From Camelus ferus (taxonomy: Eukaryota), in assembly GCF_009834535.1 (NCBI RefSeq), contig NC_045697.1:25112001-25176000 (forward strand): DNA of 64,000 bases. The letters are read 5' to 3'. The position numbers and the translations under genes are program-made. Below are positions 11,943 to 24,818 of this stretch, piece after piece (within the stretch, counting starts at the first letter, position 1; each line of letters starts with the position of its first letter). The notes under the pieces were generated by a model that worked only from the letters and a program-made list of their open reading frames with translations, was not told where the DNA came from and made no database searches.

Positions 11943-13848
11943 CTAGGTTAGGGCAAAAGTTTATCAGATTTTGTAGAAAACTTTTGGAAACAAGCAAGTC
12001 ATCTCTTTGAAAATACTCATATCATTTTTTTCAATACCAAATTATTTGATCAGATCCAAACTAAGGATCCAGATTTCCAAGTAGTTACTGTTAAACCTGA
12101 TTGCCTCTCCCAGCCACTCCCTCCCCCAACAAAGTACTTCAAGAGACTTAAAAAAAAAAAAAAAAAAAGCGTATGTAAAGTTAAAGGCAATGTTGAAGAA
12201 GTGACGGTTCTTTTGCTTCATTTATACTCAGAATAGCTTATTGGCCTGGCTAGTTGCACTTGGTCCATAAAGTAAATGTAAACTTGAGAAGTAGAGACAC
12301 ACTCCCATGGATGCATGAGCCTGATTTGGGGAAAGTTCAAGTATTGCTTGGTCACCTAACACTGTATCAGTGGGACAGATTAGACAAATAAGGATCATTC
12401 TTGTATTAAACAGTGTGAACAAAAGAGAGTCTTCATTATCTCTGAGATTTCAGATAAACTGCCATGACACCTTTTTTCAAATAAAAAATTATCTTGGAAA
12501 TAGGGTATAATAGAAAATTAGCATATTTTCAAAAACAGATTTTCTTTATGGCTTTATTTTCACAACTGTTCTAAATGACTAACCAGCATTTATTCTATGC
12601 TACACATTTTACAAAGTATCAGGTAAAGGCACTAAAACATCTCTTGAATTAAGGAAAAGAAGATACACATTACTGCATAAATACAAGTACATCTTTTTAT
12701 AAACTTACAATTTGCATTTCGTGTGTTAATACTAAGTTTTGTTTTCTACATGGCATAAGTGCAAAACATAACACTTTCTTTTTAAAAAGTTTTTTTAATT
12801 ATTTATTATTGTGGGGAAGTGCTTCAAATACTTCAAAATAAATTTCATGAATATACAATTAACATACTTGACAGTAAAACTTTCAGTCACTTTACATTAT
12901 TGTTATTTTTTATATATAAACCTTTTGTTCTGACATAAAATTTAAGTGTGTTACCATCAGCTCATCAATTTTTTATCATTGCTACAGGACTTCCCCAAAA
13001 TAGACTTCAAAGCCATTTTGTTCTGTTTCAGAAATATCAAAAGAAATCCCTATTTTATTTGACTGTATCAAACTGATTAAATGTCATTTTAACATTAGAG
13101 AAATAATACTGACTATCTGTGAACTTAACATATGGATACAACTTAATGAATACTTTTTTTAAGTTTTGAAGTTTCATTAAAGGCTTGAAAGTTTGTTATT
13201 TTGTCAAATGGATAATGTCATTATACAATAAAATCATATAATTGTGCCTACCATTTTATATGAATATAATAAGTGATAATTACATTAATTTAAATAAATT
13301 ATTCACATGAGAATAATGACTTTGCTTTGAGTTTGTTTCTGAATTTATTTATGGAAATCTTAAATCTCCGAAAAAAGCTTTAATATGGAAAGATTTAACA
13401 GCTCTTGTTAACCAAAGTCATTTTAAAAGCATCTGGGAAGAGGAACTAAATTTTTTTCTTCCCTATAAAAGTCACCAAATGGATTTGTGAATAAAAGCAT
13501 GAAATTTTATTATGAAGTGATATTTGATCCTAAACCTCATTAGGATGAAACAGAATTTACACTTGAAAAGTTACTTTGGTATTTAGGGCAAAACTGTTAA
13601 ATTTGAATAATGTCAACTTTTCTACATGAATAGAAAGTAGTCTATTTAACAGTATTTAAATTTTTTAAAAGCCTGCATGTTAATTTAAAGTACAACATTG
13701 TCCAAGAAGTTATATCACAGAATACTTGTTTTTATTTACACAGCCCTACAGATTGTGAAGTATTTATATCTCAACTTTTCATATCAGTGTTTAGAGATCA
13801 ACTAAACTACCTTGCTATTTTGTAAGAATTTTAAAATTTTTTTACTAC

Positions 13849-14004
13849 TCAAGTCTTTGGGGTATTCTCTAGTCTTTGTCCATCAGTCTTAATAAAAACT
13901 GCAAGGAGTTCTATCAAGGGAGTTGTATCCACATATCTCTACCAAAGGAATAATTCAATCCTTTGATTCCTTTGGTTGTAGTAACTATCCACTTAAGCTA
14001 CCAC
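13849..14004 (-). pseudogene. Exon relic, C2-like
   Basis: tatatag|W*LKWIVTTTKGIKGLNYSFGR, then frameshift to YVDTTPLIELLAVFIKTDGQRL; phase compatible with the preceding exon. Confidence 0.45.
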
Positions 14005-14106
14005 CTATATACACATTGACAACCACATTCATCTAAAGAATAGTTATAATATATGTTGGTAAAATACTTACATAGAGAAGAGCATGTTTTAAACATAAAG
14101 TAGTAC

Positions 14107-14186
14107 CTCACTTTCAGCTATAACCAGATGAAATCCAGTTTATAAAGACATGTAATCTATAGTCCTTCTTGCTCTGGACAGTACTC
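14107..14186 (-). pseudogene. Exon relic, C2-like
   Basis: ag|EYCPEQEGL*ITCLYKLDFIWL*LKV-AG|gtacta; 80 nt, phase 0 in and phase 2 out; weak acceptor. Confidence 0.45.
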
Positions 14187-14406
14187 CTCATAATTATAAT
14201 TGTATAAATAATTTAGTTTAAAATAAAATATAAAGAAATGGTTATAGTGAGATTTGACAGTTGTTTATTATCATTCGTCAAATGTAACAGGAGACTTCTA
14301 CATATCCATTGCTATGTCAAATTAACGAGTTTAACCCCTGGAAAAGAAATATTAGCATGCAATTCATAAAGTCAGCAATGTTACAGAGTTTAAAAAGTTT
14401 CTTAAC

Positions 14407-14522
14407 CTTTATAGGCTCTAGTGAGATAACATGGAGTGTTCCGTACCAAAAACCATTATCCACAGTTCATGCATTGACACCACAGCTAACAGCACTGAGA
14501 CTAAGCTGTTGCTAGGCAGTTG
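14407..14522 (-). pseudogene. Exon relic, start of C2-like domain
   Basis: cttatctttcag|TA*QQLSLSAVSCGVNA*TVDNGFWYGTLHVISLEPIK|gttaag; GTLHV resembles C2 strand 1. Confidence 0.5.
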
Positions 14523-15959
14523 CTGAAAGATAAGGGCTATTTTTCTTTTTCTCAAAATGAAGAGTAAATAAATTAATATTCCTAAATATTTTTAATAGTG
14601 CCTACCACATGGCAGGTGTTACAGACATTTTTATTTTTAGTAAAATAGATATTAGTTCACTGCACTAATCTTTCACTTGTTATCATTTTCACATCTCCCT
14701 ATTTGCTTTGAGAACATAAATGTAAATACAAAAATATGTTCAAAAATGTCTACAGAACTTATTTTAATGTTAAAGTATCTAGAAGACATGGAACATAGAA
14801 ATACACAGATAGTAAATTGCCATTTACTGATCTCACGCATCTACATTCTAAATGTGAGCAGGATGAGACTGAGACAAGTTAATGAACAAACAAGTTATCA
14901 AAAATGATACTGAATAAGTATGATTTGAGTGTTTTATTTTGTCTATGGTGATCAAGACAAATATCTGATTAGTTGACATTCTAATGGGTAAATTTATAAA
15001 AAAAAGAAACTGAAGGTGATCAGTATAAGTATCTGGGAAGAGATCTGCCCAGGCTTAAAAAAAGAAACAGTAAACATAAATGCACTGTGTTGGGAGAATT
15101 CTTCATGTGTTTGAACACAGCAAATAATCTAGTGTGGCTGAGAGAGAATAGAGAGAAGAGAAGTCAGAGGGAAAGATGGCACATGAGTATCAGCAAAGGT
15201 GGAGGCAGTTTATTAAATTGAATATATAATTTAATGTCTCACTCTTGGCAATATCCTCTCCCCAAACTATTAATTTTTCAAGGAAAAACCAGATTGATTT
15301 CCCTATGCTAAAATTAATTTTCAGAGATGTTATGTCCCCTACTACATTGTGAAACTGCATGGTGAAATATTAAATTCCAGAATTCTTTTTATGTCAAGTT
15401 TTAGAAAAATGAATTAACCATTGTTCAGTTCAGCTTTCTCAATTATTTCTCAATGCTTTACATTAATAATAATATAAATTATTGCTGAGGGAGGGAAACA
15501 TGTCTACAAATGGGAATTATTTAACTGGACTGTATTTTGGAGCTTGAAACTAAAATGATATTTTTGATGTATCAGAATTCTGTGACCACCTCTGGAGCAG
15601 TTATGATACAAATTAAAAAATAATTCAAACGTCCTATCAATGTTTAGAGGTAACTATAATTTTGATCAGCTGAGTTCTGCTTTCTACTTAAATAATATTA
15701 AATATCACTCCCAGACTTCAAAAGTAATTTCTGTACTGAATATTGTAATACAGAAAAAGAATAGTAATTGACATTTTGATGAAGGCAAAAGCTCTCAGAT
15801 GTTTCCAAATAACAGCGTAACAAATAAATTTTTTTATCGTACAGTTTCCAAAGTAAACTTTAATTAAATTGCATTTTTAACTTACAAACTTCAATAAAAT
15901 CAAATAATTTTATGTTTCTAAATCTGATAATATATTAAACCAGCCAATTTCACTTATTA

Positions 15960-17140
15960 ATACAGGTCCATAAGGTTATGTGTATGTCTTACATCAAAAA
16001 AAAAAAAAAAATCACTGAAACCATTGGAGGTTGTTGTCCACAGTTATTTGGCAGCTACACCTGACTTAAATCCATGGGAGCCTATCAGTTTATCTCATAG
16101 TCCCACCAGTCAATCGCATATAACTCTGCTGTTTGGTAATACTGCATCGTGTGTGCATGTGTCAAGAGGCCAAGACCCTAGGTTTCAACACTGTGTGAAA
16201 ATGTCAAATGAACAAAAGAGCACAGCAAAAGAAAAAAAAAAGAAGCATCTCTTTTTAATAGTAGAGCAGAAAAATAAATTATTATAGAAGCTTGAATGTG
16301 TCATTGAATTGAGGCAATTTTCTGAAAATATGAGGTCAGAAACTACTATGATATTTAATTTAAAAAGCATACGCATAAGTTATTGCTATTTTATTAGAGA
16401 CAGTAATGATCTAGAAACAATTAAAAACAGAAGACCAGTCCAAAGCTAGAAAAGTGAAAATTGTGACAATGTCATAACTGAAAAGATTTCACAAATGGAG
16501 AAGAATTTGACAACTAAGACCAGTTGTGACAAATAAAAAAGTGAATATATATCTAAGACCACCAGTCATTCTGGATACGAAACAAGCTCATGCATAGCAT
16601 GAAAATCTAGCATTTAAGCAAGTGTGACTATGCAAAAGGTGGGCTGCAGGAATGTAATGGAAAATATGTTTTTTTCTCATCATGAAGTAGCCAAAAATTA
16701 CACTGAAAACTGCTGCAATGAGGAAATTATGAAAGCTATAAATGAATAATTTCAATGCTAATGAAACAGCCTCCTACTCATGCTGTATTCCCGTAAAATG
16801 AATGAATGAATCCAACAAGCGTTAACATGGTTGAGGAGAAAGCTTCATTAGCTGTAAATGTGCTAAGACCAGGTTGACTGTCCCTGGCCACAGGCCCCAA
16901 AAGATAAAAATAGCAATAATTGAAAAAAATTCAGCACTTGAAACATTCTGACAACTTTTGTGTATAGCAGATAGGGGAGAAAGCATGAGAAACCAGAGAA
17001 AAACTTTTAGCCAGATCAATAACCATTTTGTACCAAAATCACAAGCTCGCCAGAGGCTAGCCAGACTGAACATTATGTAAAAAACCATCTTTTCAAATTT
17101 ATTCTTCCCCAGACATGGTATTTGTGAAACAGCTGTATGG
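15960..17140 (+). mobile_element. Tigger (TcMar/pogo) DNA transposon remnant, Tigger4/Zombi-related transposase
   Basis: MSNEQKSTAKEKKKKHLFLIVEQKNKLL*KLE (psq-type HTH) from 16201; 'ttcaatgctaatgaaacagcc' ~16751 resembles NADET; 'aataaccattttgtacca' ~17018 resembles NHFVP. Boundaries approximate. Confidence 0.75.
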
Positions 17141-17589
17141 CCAAGGAAATTTATGTCCCAGGGGGAATCACTGCACACATGCTCATGGAGCTGGTGCTTA
17201 CTGCATTTAGCAGAGAGTTCGAATTTGATCTTGGGAATGTCACTTACACAGCTGGAAATAAGATTTTGGTTTACAATGATGTTTGAGTGAATTTTCCCAA
17301 ATTCTGATCTTTCAGTATGGACACTGTAAGTCTAAAAAACAGTATTTCTCAAACTTGTTTGCAGCCAGGATTCTAGCTGTGTAGAAGAAGGAACATACGT
17401 ATGAGACTGAAAAGCAGAAAATTTAAAGTGTTTGCAGTAAATTGATTTATCTTTCTAGCATGGTTGGAGATGTTCAGTTTTATCTGGAACAAATCAGGCA
17501 GACATTATAGTGCCCGGTCCCTATTTATTCATTTATCCCGTATTTCACAAGCATGTAGCTAATGCTTAGTAATTCCAGATGTTTTTAGA

Positions 17590-17755
17590 AGACAGGCACC
17601 GTTACCATTCTCATTTTATAGGTGGAGGGAACTGAAGTACAGCTGACTTCCTAACAAGGCCAAGGTCACAGGGTTAATGAAAGGTGAAGGCTACAAGTGA
17701 ATTTAGCTAGGGCAGCTCCAGAGTCCATGCTCTAAACCACCAGGCTATGCTATCT
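17590..17755 (-). mobile_element. MIR SINE fragment
   Basis: 'ccattctcattttataggtggagggaactgaag…ccaaggtcacag…ctccagagtccatgctctaaaccac'. Confidence 0.75.
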
Positions 17756-18457
17756 CTTCTGTTATCTTTCCTAGCCTCCCTAGAATCTCAGAGAATGAGT
17801 GAAGTGGTGGCGCATCAATGGAATTTTTCAGAAGAATTTTTAGAAGAGCATTATAGTGTGTTTAGTTGTTATTATGCATATAATTATATATATTATATAC
17901 ATGTATATAGCTAGAAACTATATATATAAAATCTTAGCTATGCAGTATTTAAACATTGGCTATCTGGGAGATTCTAAAAACTATTTAATATGACCCTTTA
18001 TTCATAAATGAGCGTGCAAGCATATTATTGCCTGAAACTTAGGAATCATAACCAATACAGTAACTGGTTACAAAGGTGCTTGCAGAAAAGGCATTCTCAA
18101 GGAAATTTAGGATTAGTGATTTCACAAGGTTGAGATTGTCAGTGAACAGAGGAGCCAATTAACACAAAAAAGATAAGACACTAATAATCCATGGCAAGCA
18201 GTAGCAAAATATTTACTTTAATTATTACCTATGGTTGCCTGAAATGAATTGCCTATTGAGAGCTAAGCTTTAATACATGTATTATGATTGATGATCATGA
18301 CAATGTTTACACAGGGCAGAGGGCTGAGAAAGGGAGGGAGGGCTGGCAGTTTCTGACTATGCTACCAAGACAGTAACCAGCTCAAGATTTAAATTCTCAT
18401 CTCAAAGGCTAGTGAGGACACGGGGATTTTCTTTTCCAATAAAGTAAAATCACTTAT

Positions 18458-19027
18458 CTTTTTATCAGCAAGTTTCATACAGGTATAAATTTAAAAATAA
18501 AGTCTATCCTTTCAGTTTGATGAATTATGGCATTGGATTAGATTCTCAGGGCTGTCTTAACAAAGTCCCAAAACATGAGTACAAATGAAGATTACTGCGT
18601 CCCAGTTCTGGAGGCCAGCAGCCCAAAATCAAGGTATTGGCAGAGTCATGTTCTCTCACACAGCTCTAGAGCAGAATCCTCCCTTGCCTTTTGTAGTTTC
18701 TGTTACTTGACATCAATCCTTGGTGTTCCTTGGCTTATAGACACATCACTCCAGTCACATGACTGACCTCCCCGTCTGTCTTCACAATGCCATCACTGGG
18801 GGCATGCCTGTCTCTGCATCCAAATTTCCCTCTTTTTTATTAGGACATCAGTCAAATTAAATTAGGACCCACCCTAGTGAGCTCATTTTAATCTCATTCC
18901 CTCTGTAAAGTACCTATTTCCAAATAAGGTCATATTCCTAGGTAATGAGAGTTAGGGCTTCAATATCTATTTCTGAGGTAGGCAATTCAATCCACAATAA
19001 GTGTAGAATGAATATACATATAGCCTT
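18458..19027 (-). pseudogene. Possible PH-like exon relic split by the MLT1C LTR
   Basis: Acceptor tattttag| at 19028; mutated donor AG|ataagt at 18457; phase 1 in matches the exon at 31938; translation strongly decayed. Confidence 0.3.
18534..18999 (-). mobile_element. MaLR solo LTR (MLT1C-like)
   Basis: 'tggattagattctcagggctg…cagttctggaggccag…aaatcaaggtattggcag…tttccaaataaggtcatattc'; flanks ggcat/agtgt are compatible with a CpG-decayed 5-bp TSD. Confidence 0.85.
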
Positions 19028-19449
19028 CTAAAATACATTGAAATTAGGACATTTATAAAGAGAGAGTGGGATAGTGACATTGGAGAGAGAATATCTGATA
19101 GGATTCCAGGGACATGGATAGGATTCCCAAACCTCACCAAAAACCTCTGCCAAAATAAGATAAGGCTGCTTTTGCCTTTTTTCAAACAAATATAATGACT
19201 GTACATGAGGTAATGATGTTGATGAAAATGCAAATTCCCCTCATATTCCTTTCTTAGTTTCATTTATTGCCACAAGATCTATAATAAATATCATATTCAA
19301 GATGTTCCAAAGGAGAAACTGCAAAGCCAAAACTCGTATAAAATGGCTTAGACACCAACTCAATGGCAAGATTTGGCTCATATATTCAAGACAGGAATCT
19401 AGGAGTTAAGAGATCTGGCGATAGCTAGATGGAGAAGAAAATAATATAA

Positions 19450-20450
19450 TAGTGTATTAGGCCCAATTTATGTAAGTGGAACACCTACAAGAAATACCTG
19501 AATCAATCTCATAGCTTGAGAAACTAGTAGTGATTTTAACTGCTGGATCATTTACTGGATTAATCTGGAAATTATTAGTGGTTTGCTTCATATGAAGTTG
19601 AAATTCCATGATATGATATACAACAAGATATCCAAACACTTTGAGAACTGAAATGTTGGAGTCGGTAGATTCTATGTGATATAATATTCACCCCCTCAGA
19701 ATCCAGAGAACATTCTGTTTTCCAAAGCACTGAGAAATATATTGATGAGTAGAATTTCAACCCTGCAATTCCTCAAAGCTGTTCTATTTGCTATACAGGA
19801 AGTGGTACCACTGAAGTAGATTCCCTATTTGGATTTGATTGATGAATTCCTGGAGTGGCAGAAACAAAGCAGTAACACAAAATTGCTAAAGCAATGCTGT
19901 CTTGGTTACTCCAACAGCCAACTATATGCATCTGTAATCAGAATGTCAACTTGTCAATCTTTAATGCTGGCCAACTGATGGCATTATGCCTAGGACTCAC
20001 TGAGTCTCACTAAGATCGTCTTTGATTTACTTAACTGGAGTTGTGGAAGGGGGGGGAGGAGGAAGCCCTCTAATTCTGGAGATTAACTTGAATCTCCTTA
20101 AATGGCACTGACCTAATTTTCAGCCCTCAGTCAATTCACAGATGCAGAATTCCTTGAAAGAAGCTGAGGCTGGGTTCTATTTCGGAAGGACCCTGAGAGA
20201 ACTCCAAAAGTACATCTTCCTTGCAGTCCTCACCAATAAGACTTGCAGTCATTTATTAGAGAAAATGTTCTCTGGGTAAAGCACATTTTGGAGGCTTTTT
20301 GGAAATGTTCTCTGAGCTAACACAAATCCCCAGAAACAGAATTTTACCACTGTCCACCAGCCAGAGGGGGCTTATATGGCTCAGTTAATAAATGATCCGT
20401 AAAGAGCTCAGTAGGACTGAGAACCTATCCTATAGTACTTTTCTCACTTT
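19450..20450 (+). mobile_element. ERVL/MaLR internal sequence remnant (gag-pro-like)
   Basis: 'cagtcaattcacagatgcagaattccttgaa…ggaaggaccctg…gagctaacacaaatcccc' is similar to the ERVL gag/protease junction also seen at ~28900-29140. Confidence 0.6.
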
Positions 20451-20459
20451 CAAATCTAT

Positions 20460-20830
20460 AATTTTTAGGTTTATTTTATTATGAAATAATTACAGTTTGA
20501 CAGGAATATGCAAAGATAGTTCAGAGGGGCCCATCGTACTCTTCACCCAGTCCTCCCAGAGGTGACATATTACACAAGCACTAATAGGAATTTGATGTTG
20601 GCACAATATGTGTATAGTTTCACAACATTCATTACATACAATTAAGTGCATCCAAGATACGAAACTATTTGATCCAAATAAACAAATCTCCCTTATAATA
20701 CCTCTGTAGTCATAGTCACACCCACCTGCGTACCCTCTCCGCCACCTCTAATCCTTGGCACACATTAATGTGTCTTCCACCTCTATCATCTGTAATTTTG
20801 TTATTTTGAGAATGTTGTCGAAATTGAATT
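20460..20830 (-). mobile_element. LINE-1 3'UTR fragment (L1MC/MD-like)
   Basis: 'ttattatgaaataattacagtttgacagga…ttcacccagtcctccc…tccttggcacac…attttgagaatgtt'. Confidence 0.7.
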
Positions 20831-21360
20831 GAAACTATTGGTCCATAAACAGGGCCAGTATATTCTGTTGAAATAGCCGAGTAGAAAACAATTTATACAG
20901 AGAGGATTCCACTAAAAGCTCTGGAAGGGCAGTCCCCTCTCCAGCCGTTTTGGAGTGGACTTGAAAGAAGAACAAGAAGGGGCTTTCCCTTCCCTTTCTC
21001 CTTTTTCACATGTTTTCTTAAAATTGTATTTTGTTGAAACATTATTTTGTAACTTTTTAACAGACAATTTAAACGTATCCAGGCTGGGGTTTGATCATTC
21101 AGGTCGTAGTGGCCCCAGCTGCTCCGCCACCCCGCAGCCCCCTGAATGTGCGCTGCTCCTTCTCGCTTCCTGTTTCCCCTCAGAAACGCCACCCGTTTTC
21201 CACCTGCCCAAACCTCCTCTGCTTCAGATCTCAGCACACAAACGTACACAAACCTCATCTCCTCTCACGGCTCTCCGGTTTTCTCTGCTTTCTCAGCTCT
21301 CACGGGCCCCTTTCTGCGCCGAGTGCTGACCGCCTCGTCAATCGCAGGGTTACCGTGAAC

Positions 21361-21460
21361 CTGCGTGGTGCGTGTCGTGCGTGGTGTGCGTGTTGGTGCG
21401 CGTCGTGCGCGTGGTGCGTGTATGCACGTCGTGCACGTGGTGTGCGCGTGCTGCGTGTAG
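21361..21460. repeat. Degenerate (GTGCGT)-like CpG-rich tandem array
   Basis: About eight GCGTG copies plus one CACGTG in 100 bp. Confidence 0.85.
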
Positions 21461-21649
21461 GGGGAGTGCGCGGGAAAGGGCAGCGGGGCTTGTCGGGTCA
21501 GTTCGCTGAGCAAACGTTTGAGTCCAGCCAGTTCGCCCCGCAGGCCCGTGCCCCAGGCGACTCAGCTGTCGTGCAGTTAGATCTGTGGGGCTGGAAGAGC
21601 CGGCACCCTCTGGCGGACGGAGGAACTTGTGAACAGGTAGGGAAGAGAC

Positions 21650-21674
21650 GGGGGGGGGGGGGGGGGGGGGGGGG
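21650..21674 (+). repeat. G25 homopolymer
   Basis: 25 consecutive G. Confidence 0.95.
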
Positions 21675-21727
21675 CGTCAGCCTGTGTGTCTGGGATGAGG
21701 TATGGAGTTTCCTCGTGTAAATTCAGA

Positions 21728-21910
21728 CCCTGCTGCTTAAAGTATGGGCTCAGGGACGCAGCATCAGCGTCGCCTGGGCATGTGTTAGCCCGAATCTCAG
21801 CCTCTGTCTCAAACCTGCGAATCTGCGGATGGATTTGCATGCGGTAGTATGAGAAGCACAGAGTAGCAGTCTTTCTGGCTCATAGGCGCGTTGAAGTTTG
21901 AGAAGTGTTG
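21728..21910. mobile_element. MER5A-like hAT-Charlie MITE
   Basis: 'aaagtatgggctcagggacgcagcatcagcgtcgcctggg…gttag' and terminal 'aagtttgagaag'. Confidence 0.7.
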
Positions 21911-21949
21911 ACATGCGAGTCTCTCAGGATTCCCAGTAGGAGGCAGAAC

Positions 21950-22565
21950 ACCAACAACCAGCATGAATTTCTGATTGTGATAGGGTTGAGGTCAAATCCT
22001 TACTGACTGTTTTAGGGTCACACGGCGATTCAGAAAAACAAGAGACCTCCCCGATAGGGTGACTTTGGAGCTGAACACAGGAATAACTGAAGACATGACC
22101 ATCGGGATGTCTGCAAAATAAGCAGCCGTGCAGAGGCCCTGGGGCTGGAATGTGCTTAGCATGTTTGATAAAACAAGGAGACTGTGTCTGAGGCAGAGTG
22201 AGGGAGGAGACTGTGATAGGAGACCGTGGGGATGGATTTTGTTGACCATGTAGTTCATGGTGAGGACTTGAGATGCTATCTGAGTGTAATGAGAGGCGAT
22301 TGGAGGGTTTTGAGTGGAGGAGTCTCACGATCTGACTTTTAACAGGTATCTCTCCTAGTGATGTGCTGAGAATAGACTGAAGGGAGCAAAACAGGGAGGG
22401 CAGGTTCAGAGGCAACTGCAAGATTTCCGAAGAGAGAGGAACAAGGTGGCTTGGACCAGGGTGGAAGCAATGGAGGTAGAGAGACATGTTTAGAAGCTGG
22501 TCATATAATGAAAGTAGAGCTGCCAGGGTTTGTTTATGATTGATTTATGGGTACAAGAGCAAGAG
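21950..22565 (-). mobile_element. L2 (L2a-like) LINE
   Basis: 'gtgcagaggccctggggctggaatgtgcttagcatgttt…gcgattggagggttttgag…atctgacttttaacagg'. Confidence 0.85.
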
Positions 22566-23574
22566 AAGACTCTCCCCAGATATGTTGTGTACAACTCTCT
22601 AGATTAACCTTTCCAGAAGACTTCACATACACTGTCTGGGGGCTCCAGCAGGCTGGGGAAGTTGTCTCCCTAACAGGGAAAAAAAACATCAGGAAAGTCA
22701 TCTTATAAAATGATAGAAATTATGAGAGTAATTTAAAAAAATTTCCCAGTTGGCTACCCCTAATTTTTTGTTATTGCTATATTTATACAGGATTATAAAA
22801 TTCAAAATCTTAGAACCTGTGAAATAGAGGCTGGTTGGTGAGGTCTGTAGTTTTTCTCTTTGTTTTTGTTTTGTTTTCCTTGCTGCAGCTTCTGTCTTTC
22901 ATTATACATTGTCTTGTACTTAGGTTACAAGTCTACGAGTCAATCCTTCTCTGCCTTTTTAGACAATGACTTTTTTCTTTTGGTATCTCAGCTGTTTGCT
23001 GAACAAAATAATGAATGAGTGGATGACTTTCAGGAGCTAAGAGTCTGGGCTAGATGAGAAATCATTTTTGTATAGTGTGTAAGAATCATATTTTCATTCA
23101 TCACAGCATATAATTAAGCCTTGGCACATACCCTGTTCAAATCTACATTTCAGTAAAGGCTCAAGCATTGCCAGTGGCTGACAGGTGTTTCTTAATGATG
23201 ATCATTCCATGGACAATAGGGTTATTTTCCTTAACTTGGCTTTATCAAACTTGTCCTGTAGGAGGGATGTAGAACTACATCCCACAGTCAGTCTTGTGCT
23301 GGGAGGTGCCCTTCCACAGTTCTGCAGAGGTGTTTCAGAAATTTCCTCACCCACGAGACAGATTTGGGCATCAGAGGGCTGCTCCAGACAGGCTGGAGGA
23401 GAAGGGAATTCTTCCTTATGCAATACTGAATGCTGAAGGGGGCTCATGCCACTACCAGCTAGTTGTGATTTCACTGTGAGAGTGTGTTAACCAGGGCTAG
23501 GAGGATTTTAGAGCAACATTAATCCCCAACAGTTTATCATTTCAATGTCCAAACTGTCCATCTTTTAATTTATT

Positions 23575-24818
23575 GTTTTGATGACCAAATTTTGCATCTC
23601 CAGCATAGACATTTTTTTGTGAGCTTTCAGACTCATAAATCCAAATGACTGTTCAATAATTCTATTCAAACTATTCAAAATCATCTTAAGACCTTAAATG
23701 TTTTCAAGTCTGATTTCCTCAAAATTCATAGAGCCTCTTCATGATGTCTCCAAGTCTCATGGTTGGCATGAACAGTTATTTCATTCTTTGCTCAAGACGG
23801 GAAATGATCATCTTTCTTAATTCTCTCTCTCTCTCATTTTGGCTAAAAGTGGTGGGAAGCACTGTAGGTTTTGTCTCCTAAATGTGTCTTCAAATCTGTC
23901 AGATTCTAAGCAGCTCCATAGCCAACTCCTTAATCCCCCTCAATCCCAGTTATCATCTCTTGGTGGTTCTCCCATGGTAGCTGATCTTCTCACACCACCT
24001 TGGTCTCCATCAATCCAGTCTTCCCAGTTTTAGACTTAATGTTTAAGCAACAAGGTCTTCCTTGACCAGAGTATCTAAATGAGCCACCGAGCCCTACCCC
24101 ATATAACTTTATATTCTGCTATATGAGTTTCCTGTAACTACTGTAACTCATTTCCACAAACTTTGTGGCTTGAAACAACAGAAATTTATTCTCTCACAAT
24201 TCTGGAGATCAGAAGTCCAAAATCAGTATCACTAGACCAACATCAAGATGTCAGCAGAATCACACTCTGGATGCTCTGGGGGAGAATCCATTTTTTGTTT
24301 CCTGTGTCTTCTGGTGGCTGCCAGCATTCCTGGGCTCATGGCCACGTCACTCCGATCTTCCAGGTCAGAATCTTTACATTTCTCTCTCTGTTCTGTCTTC
24401 ATATCACCTGCTCTTGTTTGTATATAAAGTCTCTATCTGCCTTCCTCTTTTAAGGGTACACTTGATTGCATTTATTACCTTTTGCTCACATAATCCAGGA
24501 TAATCTCCCCATTTCAAAAATCCTTAATCACATTAAAGATTTTCCATCTGCTTTTTTGACCATAAAAGTTAACATTCACAGGTTCCTGAGATTAAGACTT
24601 GTCTATCTTTTGGGAGCTCATTACACCTGCTTTATTTTTGTTTTTCTTCATAGTACTTGCCACCACCTGATGGAGATTTAGTGAATGTTTTCTGTTTATA
24701 TTTGTTTCCCCAGCTAGAATGTCAACTCCATGAGGGCAGGACTTTGTCTTAGTCATCACTGTGTCTCCAGTGGAACAGTGCTGGCACATAGTAGGTACTC
24801 AATAAATACTATTGAAAA
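23575..24818 (+). mobile_element. L2 LINE 3' portion interrupted by an MLT1 LTR
   Basis: Ends 'ctagaatgtcaactccatgagggcagg…ggcacatagtaggtactcaataaata'. Confidence 0.8.
24120..24625 (-). mobile_element. MaLR solo LTR (MLT1D-like) nested in L2
   Basis: 'gagtttcctgtaactactgtaac…ggcttgaaacaacagaaatttattctctcacaattctggag…aatccaggataatctcccc'. Confidence 0.85.

Larger units (their letters stand above)
21080..21900. promoter_or_regulatory. CpG island / putative promoter
   Basis: The only CpG-dense, GC-rich tract in the window; ETS-like cttcctg ~21166; GCGTG array; plus-strand donor-like cag|gtaggg at 21637. Confidence 0.75.

Noticed and set aside
15740..15923. Last PH exon candidate
   Set aside because: Two incompatible exon readings (15923-15886 or ~15888-15740); could not be resolved, so it is not listed as a feature.
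16201..17130. Domesticated TIGD/JRK-like gene
   Set aside because: Numerous stops and frameshifts; it is a transposon fossil.
21091..21720. 209-aa ORF over the CpG island
   Set aside because: TTG start and low-complexity Cys/Arg/Gly content from the GCGTG array and G25; open frames are expected in GC-rich DNA.
21924..22487. 187-aa minus-strand ORF
   Set aside because: Lies inside an L2 element; no recognisable protein features.
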